Origin: a virus
Reading direction: 5' to 3' (one strand)
Virus genome (UHGV): UHGV-1544975
Length of the DNA: 31,654 nt
The notes beneath the pieces were generated by a model. That model was given only the letters and a program-made list of their open reading frames with translations, did no database searches and was not told the origin of the DNA. Of the stretch, positions 17,579 to 25,353 are shown piece after piece; the first letter of the stretch is position 1; each line of letters opens with the position of its first letter. The position numbers and the translations under genes were made by a program.

Positions 17579-17875
17579 ATGAGCGAAACATCAACAGTAT
17601 CTTTCTCCACTGCTTTGTCATCACTCAAAGATGGTAAGCGCATTGCACGTGCCGGATGGAATGGCAAAGGCATGTATCTGCAACTGGTTAAGCCACCGCA
17701 ATCGGCCACTCCGAACGAGTGGCGATTTGACGTTACATGCGGTGACGAGTATACATTTGTACCTGGCGTTAAACTTCTACCGTGGATTGGGATGAAAACT
17801 GCTGACGGTTGCTTTGTACCGTGGCTGGCATCTCAAACCGATCTGCTATCTGATGACTGGATTGTAATTCAATAA
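17579..17875 (+). CDS. DUF2829-like small protein (98 aa), candidate Tad2-like anti-Thoeris protein
   Basis: Strong RBS; motifs ARAGWNGKGMYL and PWLASQTDLLSDDW match my recollection of DUF2829; opposite strand to flanking late genes. Confidence 0.5.
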   Translation: MSETSTVSFSTALSSLKDGKRIARAGWNGKGMYLQLVKPPQSATPNEWRFDVTCGDEYTFVPGVKLLPWIGMKTADGCFVPWLASQTDLLSDDWIVIQ

Positions 17876-17879
17876 CACC

Positions 17880-17891
17880 GTGACATGTCAC
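17880..17891. repeat. 12-bp perfect palindrome GTGACATGTCAC, copy 2 of 3
   Basis: Exact match; between the DUF2829-like gene and the large terminase 3' end. Confidence 0.8.
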
Positions 17892-17895
17892 AAAC

Positions 17896-17922
17896 AGCCA
17901 GCCTATGAGCTGGCTTTGTTTT
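17896..17922. terminator. Terminator hairpin (AGCCAGC-N6-GCTGGCT then TTTGTTTT) at a convergent gene junction
   Basis: 7-bp stem with T-rich tail on the plus strand. Confidence 0.5.
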
Positions 17923-17965
17923 ATCCTCACCAGAGGATATCAACGACATTATCCCCACCAGCGGA

Positions 17966-19441
17966 TTAAGCATAGGGATCGTAATCTGTAATGGCCTTGC
18001 CTTGCTGGTTCTGCTGACCTGGAATTCGCAGACGCTTCGACACAGGGAAAGCAAACGTCAGCAATAGCGCATCGCCTTTACCAGGAGAACGCCCAAGCCG
18101 CTCCTTGATATCTTCCTTCGGTTCGATAACGATTTTACCGTCCACTCGAACTTTGTACTCTGCCGCCGACAGGTCGTCCGCTGTTTCCTGGTCATCAAGC
18201 ATGCCGCCCAGCCTCAGCCATGTCTTGCATGAGTTGAACATCTCCCCGCGCTTATTGAGCATCTGCGGGTCAGTAGACGCGCCACCGAACGGAACAAGTT
18301 GCCATGTACGACCCCAGCCATCACCGATTGACTTCAGACCAGTTCCGTAACCGAAGTCGATGAACACTGCGTCAGCCTGGTACTGGTCTTCAAAGTCAGC
18401 GATACGCTTCGCCATAATCAGATCGTCAGTGGTCTTGTTGCCGGTCCACAGCACCTTACTGTGCAGCCCCTGCCGCAGATATATCACCGCGTCATCAACA
18501 CCGGAGTATGCCGGGTCAACGCCGATTATCACCGGAGCATGTGCAACCTGCGCAGCGGTGACCACCCGTTTCATTGCCTCGTCAGTAAGTCCGGTAGGGA
18601 TAAACTGCAATTCAGATGCATCCGGGAATATGCCGCGCACACGGATTTTAACGAAGTCGCTATCTTCCCCGTAGTCATCAACCCATTTCTGCAACTGCTG
18701 TTTGTTAGTGCCTTCCACCGTCCGGCTGTCAATCTGCGCAGTTTTCCAGCGGTGTTTGTATTTGCGGAAACATTCGCGAAAACGCCCGGTATTACGTGTA
18801 GGGTTTCCGAACGCCACCCAGATAATCTCAGTGTCTTCGTCCGTAAGCGCACCCTCAGCAACTTCCCACACCAGATCCGCAATGTTCGACGCTTCATCGA
18901 ATACCACGATGATGCGTTTGCGCTCGTTGTGTAGTCCGGCGAATGCCTCAGTGTTGTGCTCAGACCAGGGGATTGCGTCAGCTCGCCACCGCTTGTCGTG
19001 CCCAGGATCATTGCTGTACATCGCAGTAGCGGTACAGGTAAACCAGTCTTTCGTGATAGCAAGGTTCGACCACTTGATAATTTCCGGCCAGGTCTTCGTT
19101 CGTAGCTGGTTGTCGGTGTTGGCGGTCACCACGACCTTACAATCCTCGCAAGTGGACATGCCCCAGTTGATCAGCATTGAGATGAATGCGGATTTACCAA
19201 TACCGTGACCCGAAGCACGTGCCAGCATAAGCGGCTGATAGCGCGTCTCTGGATTCTGCAGGTGATCACGTATCTCTCGGAACGCATCAGCCTGCCACTG
19301 ACGTGGGCCGGTAGCATGTGCCAGTTCAGTCCCCTCTTCCCCCCACGGGAACGCATAGAGGGCATAGCCAAGCGGATCGTGAGTGAACCCTGCAATATCC
19401 TCGATCAACTGCTCTTCAGGAGATAACGCTGTATCTGTCAC
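17966..19441 (-). CDS. Terminase large subunit (491 aa)
   Basis: Walker A-like GHGIGKS, Walker B-like IIVVFDEAS, acidic C-terminal nuclease-like region; overlaps the small-subunit stop. Confidence 0.9.
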   Translation of the reverse strand: MTDTALSPEEQLIEDIAGFTHDPLGYALYAFPWGEEGTELAHATGPRQWQADAFREIRDHLQNPETRYQPLMLARASGHGIGKSAFISMLINWGMSTCEDCKVVVTANTDNQLRTKTWPEIIKWSNLAITKDWFTCTATAMYSNDPGHDKRWRADAIPWSEHNTEAFAGLHNERKRIIVVFDEASNIADLVWEVAEGALTDEDTEIIWVAFGNPTRNTGRFRECFRKYKHRWKTAQIDSRTVEGTNKQQLQKWVDDYGEDSDFVKIRVRGIFPDASELQFIPTGLTDEAMKRVVTAAQVAHAPVIIGVDPAYSGVDDAVIYLRQGLHSKVLWTGNKTTDDLIMAKRIADFEDQYQADAVFIDFGYGTGLKSIGDGWGRTWQLVPFGGASTDPQMLNKRGEMFNSCKTWLRLGGMLDDQETADDLSAAEYKVRVDGKIVIEPKEDIKERLGRSPGKGDALLLTFAFPVSKRLRIPGQQNQQGKAITDYDPYA

Positions 19442-20034
19442 TGATTACCATCCTGACGTTCTTTGAGTCGCTTCCTGGCTGCTGCTATGCGATCAGCAAT
19501 TGTCACATTCACATTAACATCCAGACGTTCTTTGAACGCGTTGACATCAACATGCTTACCAATCAGCTCAAGGTTCTTCACCTTGTCAGGCCATTTAATT
19601 TTTTTGAGGATTGTCTCTATCGAATCCTCGTTCATGTTCATGATGGTCGATGACAGATCAAAGCCACTAAGCGTAGTGCGCCAGATTTTCGGCCACTCAC
19701 GGATTGGTTTAAGGCTCCCATCGTCGTTGAGGATGTCGATCACGTCCATCTGGTCGATCTGCACCAGGCGCATGAGAACGTAATCAGCACTGACGCGCAT
19801 TCGTTTGTTGCGCTCCTCCATCAACTCGGCAATCCGTTTTTGAATGCGTTCATCGCGCATCATGACACTGGCTTTAACTGCCGCTGTATTTGGGGAGAAT
19901 CCTGCGTTAATCGCTGCCTGAGTCTGGTTTTCAGGCGTTTTGATGTATGACTGGCAATAAGCCTCCTGCATTGCTGTTAGTGGCTTAAATTGCGTTGATT
20001 TGCGTTTATAGGTTTTAGGTTCAGCAGGCATCAT
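19438..20034 (-). CDS. Terminase small subunit (about 198 aa)
   Basis: Small-terminase-like DNA-binding N-terminus (TAMQEAYCQSYIKTPENQTQAAINAGFS); track start 20112 is probably over-extended; tandem ATGs at 20034 and 20031 follow GGTGG. Confidence 0.65.
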   Translation of the reverse strand: MMPAEPKTYKRKSTQFKPLTAMQEAYCQSYIKTPENQTQAAINAGFSPNTAAVKASVMMRDERIQKRIAELMEERNKRMRVSADYVLMRLVQIDQMDVIDILNDDGSLKPIREWPKIWRTTLSGFDLSSTIMNMNEDSIETILKKIKWPDKVKNLELIGKHVDVNAFKERLDVNVNVTIADRIAAARKRLKERQDGNQ

Positions 20035-20050
20035 AACCACCGTGGTAATA

Positions 20051-20067
20051 GTTACCGTTGTGGTAAT
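20051..20067. promoter_or_regulatory. Operator-like palindrome (minus-strand reading ATTACC-ACAAC-GGTAAC) with an extra GGTAAT half-site, just upstream of the terminase gene
   Basis: Motif copy read directly; lies inside the spurious N-terminal extension of the track ORF. Confidence 0.45.
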
Positions 20068-20069
20068 AG

Positions 20070-20103
20070 TACCATACAAAATAAAGCCGCCATAGTTGGC
20101 GGC
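20070..20103 (-). terminator. Rho-independent terminator (GCCGCCA-N4-TGGCGGC then UUUAUUUUGUAU on the minus strand) separating accessory genes from the terminase operon
   Basis: 7-bp perfect stem, T-rich tail on the minus strand. Confidence 0.55.
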
Positions 20104-20144
20104 AGTATTCAAAACCCATCAAATTCATCATGCATAATCTACTC

Positions 20145-20156
20145 GTGACATGTCAC
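20145..20156. repeat. 12-bp perfect palindrome GTGACATGTCAC, copy 3 of 3
   Basis: Exact match; overlaps the stop codon of 20153..20494 in the same register as copy 1. Confidence 0.8.
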
Positions 20157-20494
20157 ACTATTAATTTCGTTTCATGCCAGCCTTTAGTCACCCAGCATTG
20201 CGAGTCACCATTACACGGGCATGAATTAACTGGAACTCTCTCGCCGCACTTACCGCAACATTTTCTGCTGATCGATTTTATACGCCCGCGCACGCGTGCA
20301 TCATCCTGGCGGATCAGTAACGCTATATACTCACCAAATTCGTAAGGCGCACGCCCGGGGCGACGCGTGGCACAGTTACGCTCCAGCATTTCAATTTCCT
20401 GAGCATCCAGCACAATCTCCAGCTTACGTACACCGGATGCAGCTTGTCTGGCTCTCTGAGCGGCTTTGCGCTCTGCTGCTGATTTAGCCATCAA
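20153..20494 (-). CDS. Cys-rich small protein (113 aa), possible zinc-binding regulator
   Basis: Basic N-terminus; C-terminal cysteine cluster CCGKCGERVPVNSCPCNGDSQCW; sits where lambdoid phages carry Q. Confidence 0.4.
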   Translation of the reverse strand: MMAKSAAERKAAQRARQAASGVRKLEIVLDAQEIEMLERNCATRRPGRAPYEFGEYIALLIRQDDARVRGRIKSISRKCCGKCGERVPVNSCPCNGDSQCWVTKGWHETKLIV

Positions 20495-20765
20495 TATTTA
20501 CCTTTATCGCGAACACCTTTACCGGTTTATCGCCGAAGTGCGGATGTGTGATTGTCTTGATTTCATATCCGTCATACGGAATATCAATTCTGCGGCTGGA
20601 ATCGTCGCGCTTCGGATATCCCTTTGTGATAATCAGACGGTCATACTTACGGTTAACGAGTCGCTTTTTCCAGTAGTCATTACACAAGCGATACTCTTCC
20701 GTTTTCTCTCCGCGAATCATGGCATTGAAGTATTCACCTTTTACGGCAAGTTGCAGGTTAGCCAT
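20484..20765 (-). CDS. Small protein with possible ASCH/PUA-like fold
   Basis: Likely start at the internal ATG overlapping the upstream stop; LQLAVKGEYFNAMIRGEKTEEYR resembles ASCH-domain N-termini. Confidence 0.35.
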   Translation of the reverse strand: MANLQLAVKGEYFNAMIRGEKTEEYRLCNDYWKKRLVNRKYDRLIITKGYPKRDDSSRRIDIPYDGYEIKTITHPHFGDKPVKVFAIKVNIDG

Positions 20766-21025
20766 TACCGCACCTCCAGTCTCCATACCGCCTGACCAAT
20801 CCGGCTGGCATGGTTATCTTTAGATACTGTTCCGTCTTTAGCAATCTCCATAAGAATTTTGCGCAAATCTGCCGAGCGCCATTCTTCATCAGGAAATTCC
20901 TTCTCCATTGCCAACCGCAGATTCCAGGTTGCTATCGTGAATGGATATTCCCCGCCGAGAGCTTTCTCTTGCAAGGCAGCACGGGAACGCATCACCTGCA
21001 AAACCTTCTCTTTTACATCCATCAT
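20765..21025 (-). CDS. Hypothetical protein (86 aa)
   Basis: ORF translationally coupled to neighbours. Confidence 0.4.
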   Translation of the reverse strand: MMDVKEKVLQVMRSRAALQEKALGGEYPFTIATWNLRLAMEKEFPDEEWRSADLRKILMEIAKDGTVSKDNHASRIGQAVWRLEVR

Positions 21026-21840
21026 TTTGCCTCCTGCGGCGGTTCTGGTAGCTGCATCCAGTGGGTTACCTCTTTGAGATACAGGTCTTCGCCATCACCG
21101 TCATCCCAAGTGGGATTGCCATCATTAAACCAGTCGCCATATACGCCGACCTGAGTGTTGGGGATGTTTGGTGGGTAGTTGTTTTTAAAGTCAGCTGCTA
21201 ACACATAGCATTGTCGCTCTCCCATTTCTGGCATCTGCTCACTACAGCTTATCCAACCATCCGGAGTTACCGGAGAATTGCCACCCTGAACAGTAGGCAT
21301 ATCCGGACCTTTGCGAATCGCCCTGGCAAGATCGATTGGGTCGTCGTACAACCAGTCACCTGTTTGCGGATGATTGGCTTCTGCCAATTGTGCAGCCCAC
21401 TCCAGGCCGTCTTTGTGTCCTTGCAGATAGTCCAGCGGTAACTCATCACTATTACTTACAGGTTCGGCCTGAAGCATGGCGGCGCGGCAGGCGTTCCAGC
21501 CGACAGCTTTTCCGTGTTCAAACGCGCTGTCAAAGTCATCATCAATTTCCATCGCAGCGGGCACAGATACCGGCGCTGGCGGGGCGGTGTAAAGCGGCGT
21601 TACTTCTCGCAGCGGGTCGGCATAAGCATTGCCACTATCGAAGCTGACGTTGTTTTTTGCCCCGCCTCCTGACAGCAACCACGCCACCGGCTCCTGCTCC
21701 ATGCCAGCCGTCAGCGCTTCCAGTGCGATTTTGAAGATTTGCGCATCGAGTTGCGCTTCTTCAAAATCAGGGTAATGGGTTGTTACCGCAAGACGGCGCT
21801 CAAGCTCCTCAATCAACTGCTCTTTCGTAAATTCAGCCAT
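21022..21840 (-). CDS. DUF551-like C-terminal domain protein (272 aa)
   Basis: C-terminal ...GWISCSEQMPE...VTHWMQLPEPP matches my recollection of the DUF551 signature common in enterobacterial prophages. Confidence 0.5.
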   Translation of the reverse strand: MAEFTKEQLIEELERRLAVTTHYPDFEEAQLDAQIFKIALEALTAGMEQEPVAWLLSGGGAKNNVSFDSGNAYADPLREVTPLYTAPPAPVSVPAAMEIDDDFDSAFEHGKAVGWNACRAAMLQAEPVSNSDELPLDYLQGHKDGLEWAAQLAEANHPQTGDWLYDDPIDLARAIRKGPDMPTVQGGNSPVTPDGWISCSEQMPEMGERQCYVLAADFKNNYPPNIPNTQVGVYGDWFNDGNPTWDDGDGEDLYLKEVTHWMQLPEPPQEAK

Positions 21841-21844
21841 ATCC

Positions 21845-22216
21845 CTACTCCCCCTTGATGCCAGCGGCGCTAAGCTTGGTATTCACATCACCTTCAAAAA
21901 TAGGCAGTACACCAATTGCAGCGGCCCAGTTTTTAGCTAACTCAGGGTCAGATGTCTCGTCGGTGTAGTCTGATGCCCGCCACCCAATCAGTCGTTTCTG
22001 ACCAGGAATGTCAGAGTTTCGCTTCTCCGTTGCTTGCTCTAGAGCATTAAGAAGTGTACGTATTTCATGCTGCTGAGTAGAGATGCTTGAGTCTTTGGCT
22101 TCCAGCTCATCAAGCAGCGCCAGCACATCCCGAGTGGGGACCATAAAGTTCGGCATGAAGTTATCTTTTGCCTTTTCTGCTGTTAGGCGCAGCGCCTGTT
22201 TGTCGATGTTGCTCAT
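21845..22216 (-). CDS. Hypothetical coiled-coil protein (123 aa), possibly Ead/Ea22-like
   Basis: Position and composition only. Confidence 0.35.
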   Translation of the reverse strand: MSNIDKQALRLTAEKAKDNFMPNFMVPTRDVLALLDELEAKDSSISTQQHEIRTLLNALEQATEKRNSDIPGQKRLIGWRASDYTDETSDPELAKNWAAAIGVLPIFEGDVNTKLSAAGIKGE

Positions 22217-22866
22217 TGCGCGTCCCCCTTGCGAATCTGGGCGGCGATGTCTTCGAGTACACCATCAGCGAACGAGCGATCGAAATCGCCTTCCGGCGCA
22301 TCATCCATAAACTCTGTGGAGGTCAGTATCATTCGTGCGATGTCCGCAGCGTTCTTCGCTGTGTCTTCGATAAACCCAGCCTCCCATGCAGCCAGCATTC
22401 GGTTGGCAACAAAGTGAGCGCCTTCCTTGTGGGCTTGCGCCCGCACTTCAGCCAGGAAAGCATCGGTGGCTGGAATGGGCTTTTGTGGTGATATAGCAAT
22501 GCGAATTGTCTCAAGGTCTGGATCTGTTTCCGCTGCTGGCACCTTGATATAACCCACCTGCACCCCATTCATGATGAACCTGCGACGGTCATCACATATC
22601 GCCTTTAGCCCCGCATTCTCCGCCGCCAGCGCCGAAAACTTCTCGTGTGCCAACTTAACAGCTGCATCAGCCTGCTTAATTGACTCAATCGCTTTCTGTT
22701 GGTCTTCGGCCAGCGCATTAGCACGCACCAGTTGCACTTCCAGTTGCGTTGCCAAATCGCTGATCAGCTTTGCCACACTGCGCATATCAACGGCACCACA
22801 TTCTGCTTTCAGTTCCGAAGCCATCTCATGCCCGGCGGAAACTAACCATTTGATATTACCGTCCAT
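22213..22866 (-). CDS. Hypothetical protein (217 aa), Ala-rich coiled-coil N-terminal half
   Basis: ORF with 4-nt overlap to the next gene. Confidence 0.4.
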   Translation of the reverse strand: MDGNIKWLVSAGHEMASELKAECGAVDMRSVAKLISDLATQLEVQLVRANALAEDQQKAIESIKQADAAVKLAHEKFSALAAENAGLKAICDDRRRFIMNGVQVGYIKVPAAETDPDLETIRIAISPQKPIPATDAFLAEVRAQAHKEGAHFVANRMLAAWEAGFIEDTAKNAADIARMILTSTEFMDDAPEGDFDRSFADGVLEDIAAQIRKGDAQ

Positions 22867-22927
22867 CTTTACCCTCGCTTATCCACATAACTTATTGATT
22901 ACATTGATAACTAAAAAGATCGTCGAT

Positions 22928-23272
22928 TCAGAACTCTTCGATGTTCCAGCCACCACCTGCTTTCTTTGGCTTAACCGTTACCCCGATGATTCGGAACGGA
23001 TACTGATCTGCGGCGACTTTGGTTTTCACTCTGGCGTCATCGGTCCAGAAACCTTTCACTTCGTGTAGTTCCATCTCGCCGGTGGCGAGCATCACAGCAA
23101 AATCGGGCGTATAGAACGTGTTGTCAGCTAACCGCAGCTTGATACCCTCGAATCGATACCAGGCGATTTCCCCTGCACGTTTACGCAGCTCAAGGTGCTG
23201 GCAATACGCAGATTCTGTTTTGTTCATCTGGCCTGTTTTGAGTCGACCAAGAGCCTGTATCTGTTTTCTCAT
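22928..23272 (-). CDS. Small protein with PD-(D/E)xK nuclease-like motif (DUF1064-like?)
   Basis: Motif ...YTPDFAV...ELHEVKG consistent with a D...(D/E)xK core. Confidence 0.35.
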   Translation of the reverse strand: MRKQIQALGRLKTGQMNKTESAYCQHLELRKRAGEIAWYRFEGIKLRLADNTFYTPDFAVMLATGEMELHEVKGFWTDDARVKTKVAADQYPFRIIGVTVKPKKAGGGWNIEEF

Positions 23273-23274
23273 GA

Positions 23275-23353
23275 TTTACCTCTAAGGTAATTAAAAACCA
23301 CATAAGACACGAAATCAATAGAGTTTAGAATATTTTATTACCCAACAGGTAAT
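23275..23353. promoter_or_regulatory. Two operator-like palindromes (TTTACC-TCTAA-GGTAAT at 23275..23291; ATTACC-CAACA-GGTAAT at 23337..23353)
   Basis: Read directly; the first abuts the start codon of 22928..23272. Confidence 0.5.
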
Positions 23354-23389
23354 TATCAAGGCGTAAAAAAATGCGCTATCGCGCTGGTA

Positions 23390-24190
23390 TTACTTGATAA
23401 ATCCTGCCGCCTTTCCCCGCCTGTATTCCTCCATCAGCCACTGCGCCGGTGTTATTCCCCCAAGGGTGGCGGCGTTAGGCATGCACCCGAAACTTCGCCC
23501 TGGTGGATGGTAAACGTCTCTCCCTGTGTCCGGAGGCGTACTCATGGGTTCTGGCTTTGCCTGTATGCTGATCACCGGATCGGGTATCTGCTGTCCGGAA
23601 GCCACCTTTTTCGCCCAATCATCGAGCAGCCTGCGCGCGTGTTTCTCAACCTCTATCTCGCTAAGCTGGCGCTGATACATTGCACGGCGGGTATCACATA
23701 CGACCCAGTACATAACCGGATGCCGCCACGGGAATCTTTCGGGACCACCAGGATATAAACTTTTTTCCTTGCTGTACCGGTGAAACTCCGTCATCACATC
23801 GTCAATGGTGACGCCAAGAACCATCTTGCTGTCTTTGCACCACTTGATGAATTGCCCTGGCGACGGCCAGAACGGAGATTCACTGGCGCGGGCGTGGCGC
23901 ATACCAGCAGAAACCTGTTCACGGGTTCGGATCCCCCCTTCGGCAAACGCAGCAATCCACTGCTGTTTTGCAGCAACTTCCTGCTCTGGCGTCTTCAGGT
24001 TGGTTACCACTGCCGCCGGAAACAGTTGTTTCAGCTGTTTGAAAAGGGCATCAACAAGCCTCTCTGCTGACATGTTCACCACGTTGTCATTGTTGGTGTA
24101 CTGATGCTCATAACCTGACATGCGAGAAAGGGCTTCTCCGTCACGGTTTTGTATCGCGGTAAAAACGTTGTTCACAAGAAATCCTCCCAT
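23390..24190 (-). CDS. Replication protein P-like (helicase loader), lambda P family
   Basis: Segments FPAAVVTNLK...QQWIAAFAEGGIRTREQVSAGMRHARA...PFWPSPGQFIKWCKD align with remembered lambda P FPASLANRD...RRQWVLAFRENGITTMEQVNAGMRVARR...PFLPSPGQFVAWCRE. Confidence 0.75.
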   Translation of the reverse strand: MGGFLVNNVFTAIQNRDGEALSRMSGYEHQYTNNDNVVNMSAERLVDALFKQLKQLFPAAVVTNLKTPEQEVAAKQQWIAAFAEGGIRTREQVSAGMRHARASESPFWPSPGQFIKWCKDSKMVLGVTIDDVMTEFHRYSKEKSLYPGGPERFPWRHPVMYWVVCDTRRAMYQRQLSEIEVEKHARRLLDDWAKKVASGQQIPDPVISIQAKPEPMSTPPDTGRDVYHPPGRSFGCMPNAATLGGITPAQWLMEEYRRGKAAGFIK

Positions 24191-24987
24191 GCTTCAGGGC
24201 TGTTCCAGTGCGGAACGTTGTTATCAGGTAATGTTGATTGCTTCTGTCTGCTAATCTGCAGCCGCCTTGCCAGCTTCTGCTCCCACTGTGCCTGATGGTA
24301 TGCCTTACCCTCAGCCATCCAGTAAATTCTGAACTCTGCAAGTTCCTGTGCCGTTGGCAGACTGTCCAGGTAGATCCCCTGCAAGGAGCTTTTCCGAAGA
24401 AAGTCATCTGATGGCTGCCATTGTTCATGCATGACAAATTTGCCTAATTGCCCTGGCCCACCAGGAGGAACAAAGTTATTCATCACGGCGTTGTTTGCGC
24501 CGGGGTCATGAGGCACAGAATCCCCGTTTTTTGTCCTGCTCTCCCTCTCTTGGTTAAATGACTGGTTATATGACTGGTTCTGGATCCCGTTTTTGGGATC
24601 ATTCAACATCCCGTTTTTGGGATCATTCAACATCCCGTTTTTGGGTATATTCCCGTTTTCGGTAACATTACCGTTTTCGGGTTCATTGCCCCCCTCCCGG
24701 TTGCCTTTAATGTTCCCGTTTTTGGTTATATTAAGAGAGAAAACCCGCACTCTTTTCGTCGCTCCCTTTCTCTCTCCGGTATCTGAAATAAGCCCCATTT
24801 TCATGAGCGATATAAGCCCGGCCTGCACGGTTTTTTTATTCAGGCAAGTGTCTTTAACGAGGCGTTCTATGCTGGGGTAGCAGAGGTTATATTCATCGGC
24901 TCTGTCAGCCATCGAGAGCAGTATGAGCTTTAATGACGAGCTACCTGGATCTGTCTCCCAGGCCCAATCTGTTGCATGTCTGCTCAT
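24172..24987 (-). CDS. Replication initiator, lambda O-like (271 aa), with embedded iterons
   Basis: N-terminal HTH-like region; central Asn/Gly/Pro-rich repeats encoded by tandem DNA repeats; immediately upstream of the P-like gene. Confidence 0.65.
   Translation of the reverse strand: MSRHATDWAWETDPGSSSLKLILLSMADRADEYNLCYPSIERLVKDTCLNKKTVQAGLISLMKMGLISDTGERKGATKRVRVFSLNITKNGNIKGNREGGNEPENGNVTENGNIPKNGMLNDPKNGMLNDPKNGIQNQSYNQSFNQERESRTKNGDSVPHDPGANNAVMNNFVPPGGPGQLGKFVMHEQWQPSDDFLRKSSLQGIYLDSLPTAQELAEFRIYWMAEGKAYHQAQWEQKLARRLQISRQKQSTLPDNNVPHWNSPEAWEDFL
24585..24732. repeat. Iteron array (putative replication origin) inside the O-like gene
   Basis: TCCCGTTTTTGGGATCATTCAACA occurs twice in tandem, followed by degenerate copies (TCCCGTTTTTGGGTATAT, TCCCGTTTTCGGTAACATTA, CCGTTTTCGGGTTCATTGCC, TTCCCGTTTTTGGTTATATT). 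Confidence 0.65.
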
Positions 24988-25002
24988 GATTAATCTCCGC
25001 TA

Positions 25003-25203
25003 TCAGCTTGAATATTGTGGGGAGGAATTAATCATGATCTGCTTAATCTCTGCCCTGATGCGACGGTTTGATTCCATGGTGCACTCAACACAGTGTCCGT
25101 TGTAAACCCAGCGTTCACTGTCATGTCCGTGCTTACATGGTTTTCCGGTGTAGTAGCGTTTAAGTCCGCGCTTTGCGGCATCAATACGTGTAATGATTTC
25201 CAT
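25003..25203 (-). CDS. Small zinc-finger-like protein (about 66 aa) in the cII position
   Basis: Cys/His cluster YTGKPCKHGHDSERWVYNGHCVEC; start assumed at the internal ATG; track start 25266 possible. Confidence 0.35.
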   Translation of the reverse strand: MEIITRIDAAKRGLKRYYTGKPCKHGHDSERWVYNGHCVECTMESNRRIRAEIKQIMINSSPQYSS

Positions 25204-25282
25204 GGTAAGCCCTGTTATTAGTATTTGGATTACGGTTATTTTGTGCTGACACAAAAAAAAGATCAACCAGATTTGGTTTTTT

Positions 25283-25298
25283 ATTACCTTTGAGGTAC
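25283..25298. promoter_or_regulatory. Imperfect operator-like palindrome ATTACC-TTTGA-GGTAC
   Basis: Read directly. Confidence 0.35.
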
Positions 25299-25353
25299 GG
25301 ATAGATATGAAAAGACCGCCGGGTGGCGGTCTACAGAGGGTTGTAGCTGGATA

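Noticed and set aside
18461-19208. Overlapping ORFs on both strands within the large terminase gene (18461..18934, 18571..19062, 18702..19208, 19171..19395)
   Set aside because: They lie within a gene with clear Walker motifs and are alternative-frame artefacts.
20035-20112. N-terminal 26-27 residues of the small-terminase track ORF (MNTAANYGGFILYGTITTTVTITT...)
   Set aside because: This stretch is translation of the operator-repeat region (GGTAATAGTTACC...); the real start is probably the ATG pair at 20034/20031 after GGTGG.
24585-24732. Tandem direct repeats as a possible CRISPR array
   Set aside because: Repeats are about 20-24 bp, degenerate, have no unique spacers, lie inside a coding gene and have no cas genes nearby; iterons explain them better.
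24593-24880. Plus-strand ORF (95 aa) across the iteron repeats
   Set aside because: Repetitive FPFLG-type translation produced by reading the iterons on the wrong strand, inside the O-like gene.
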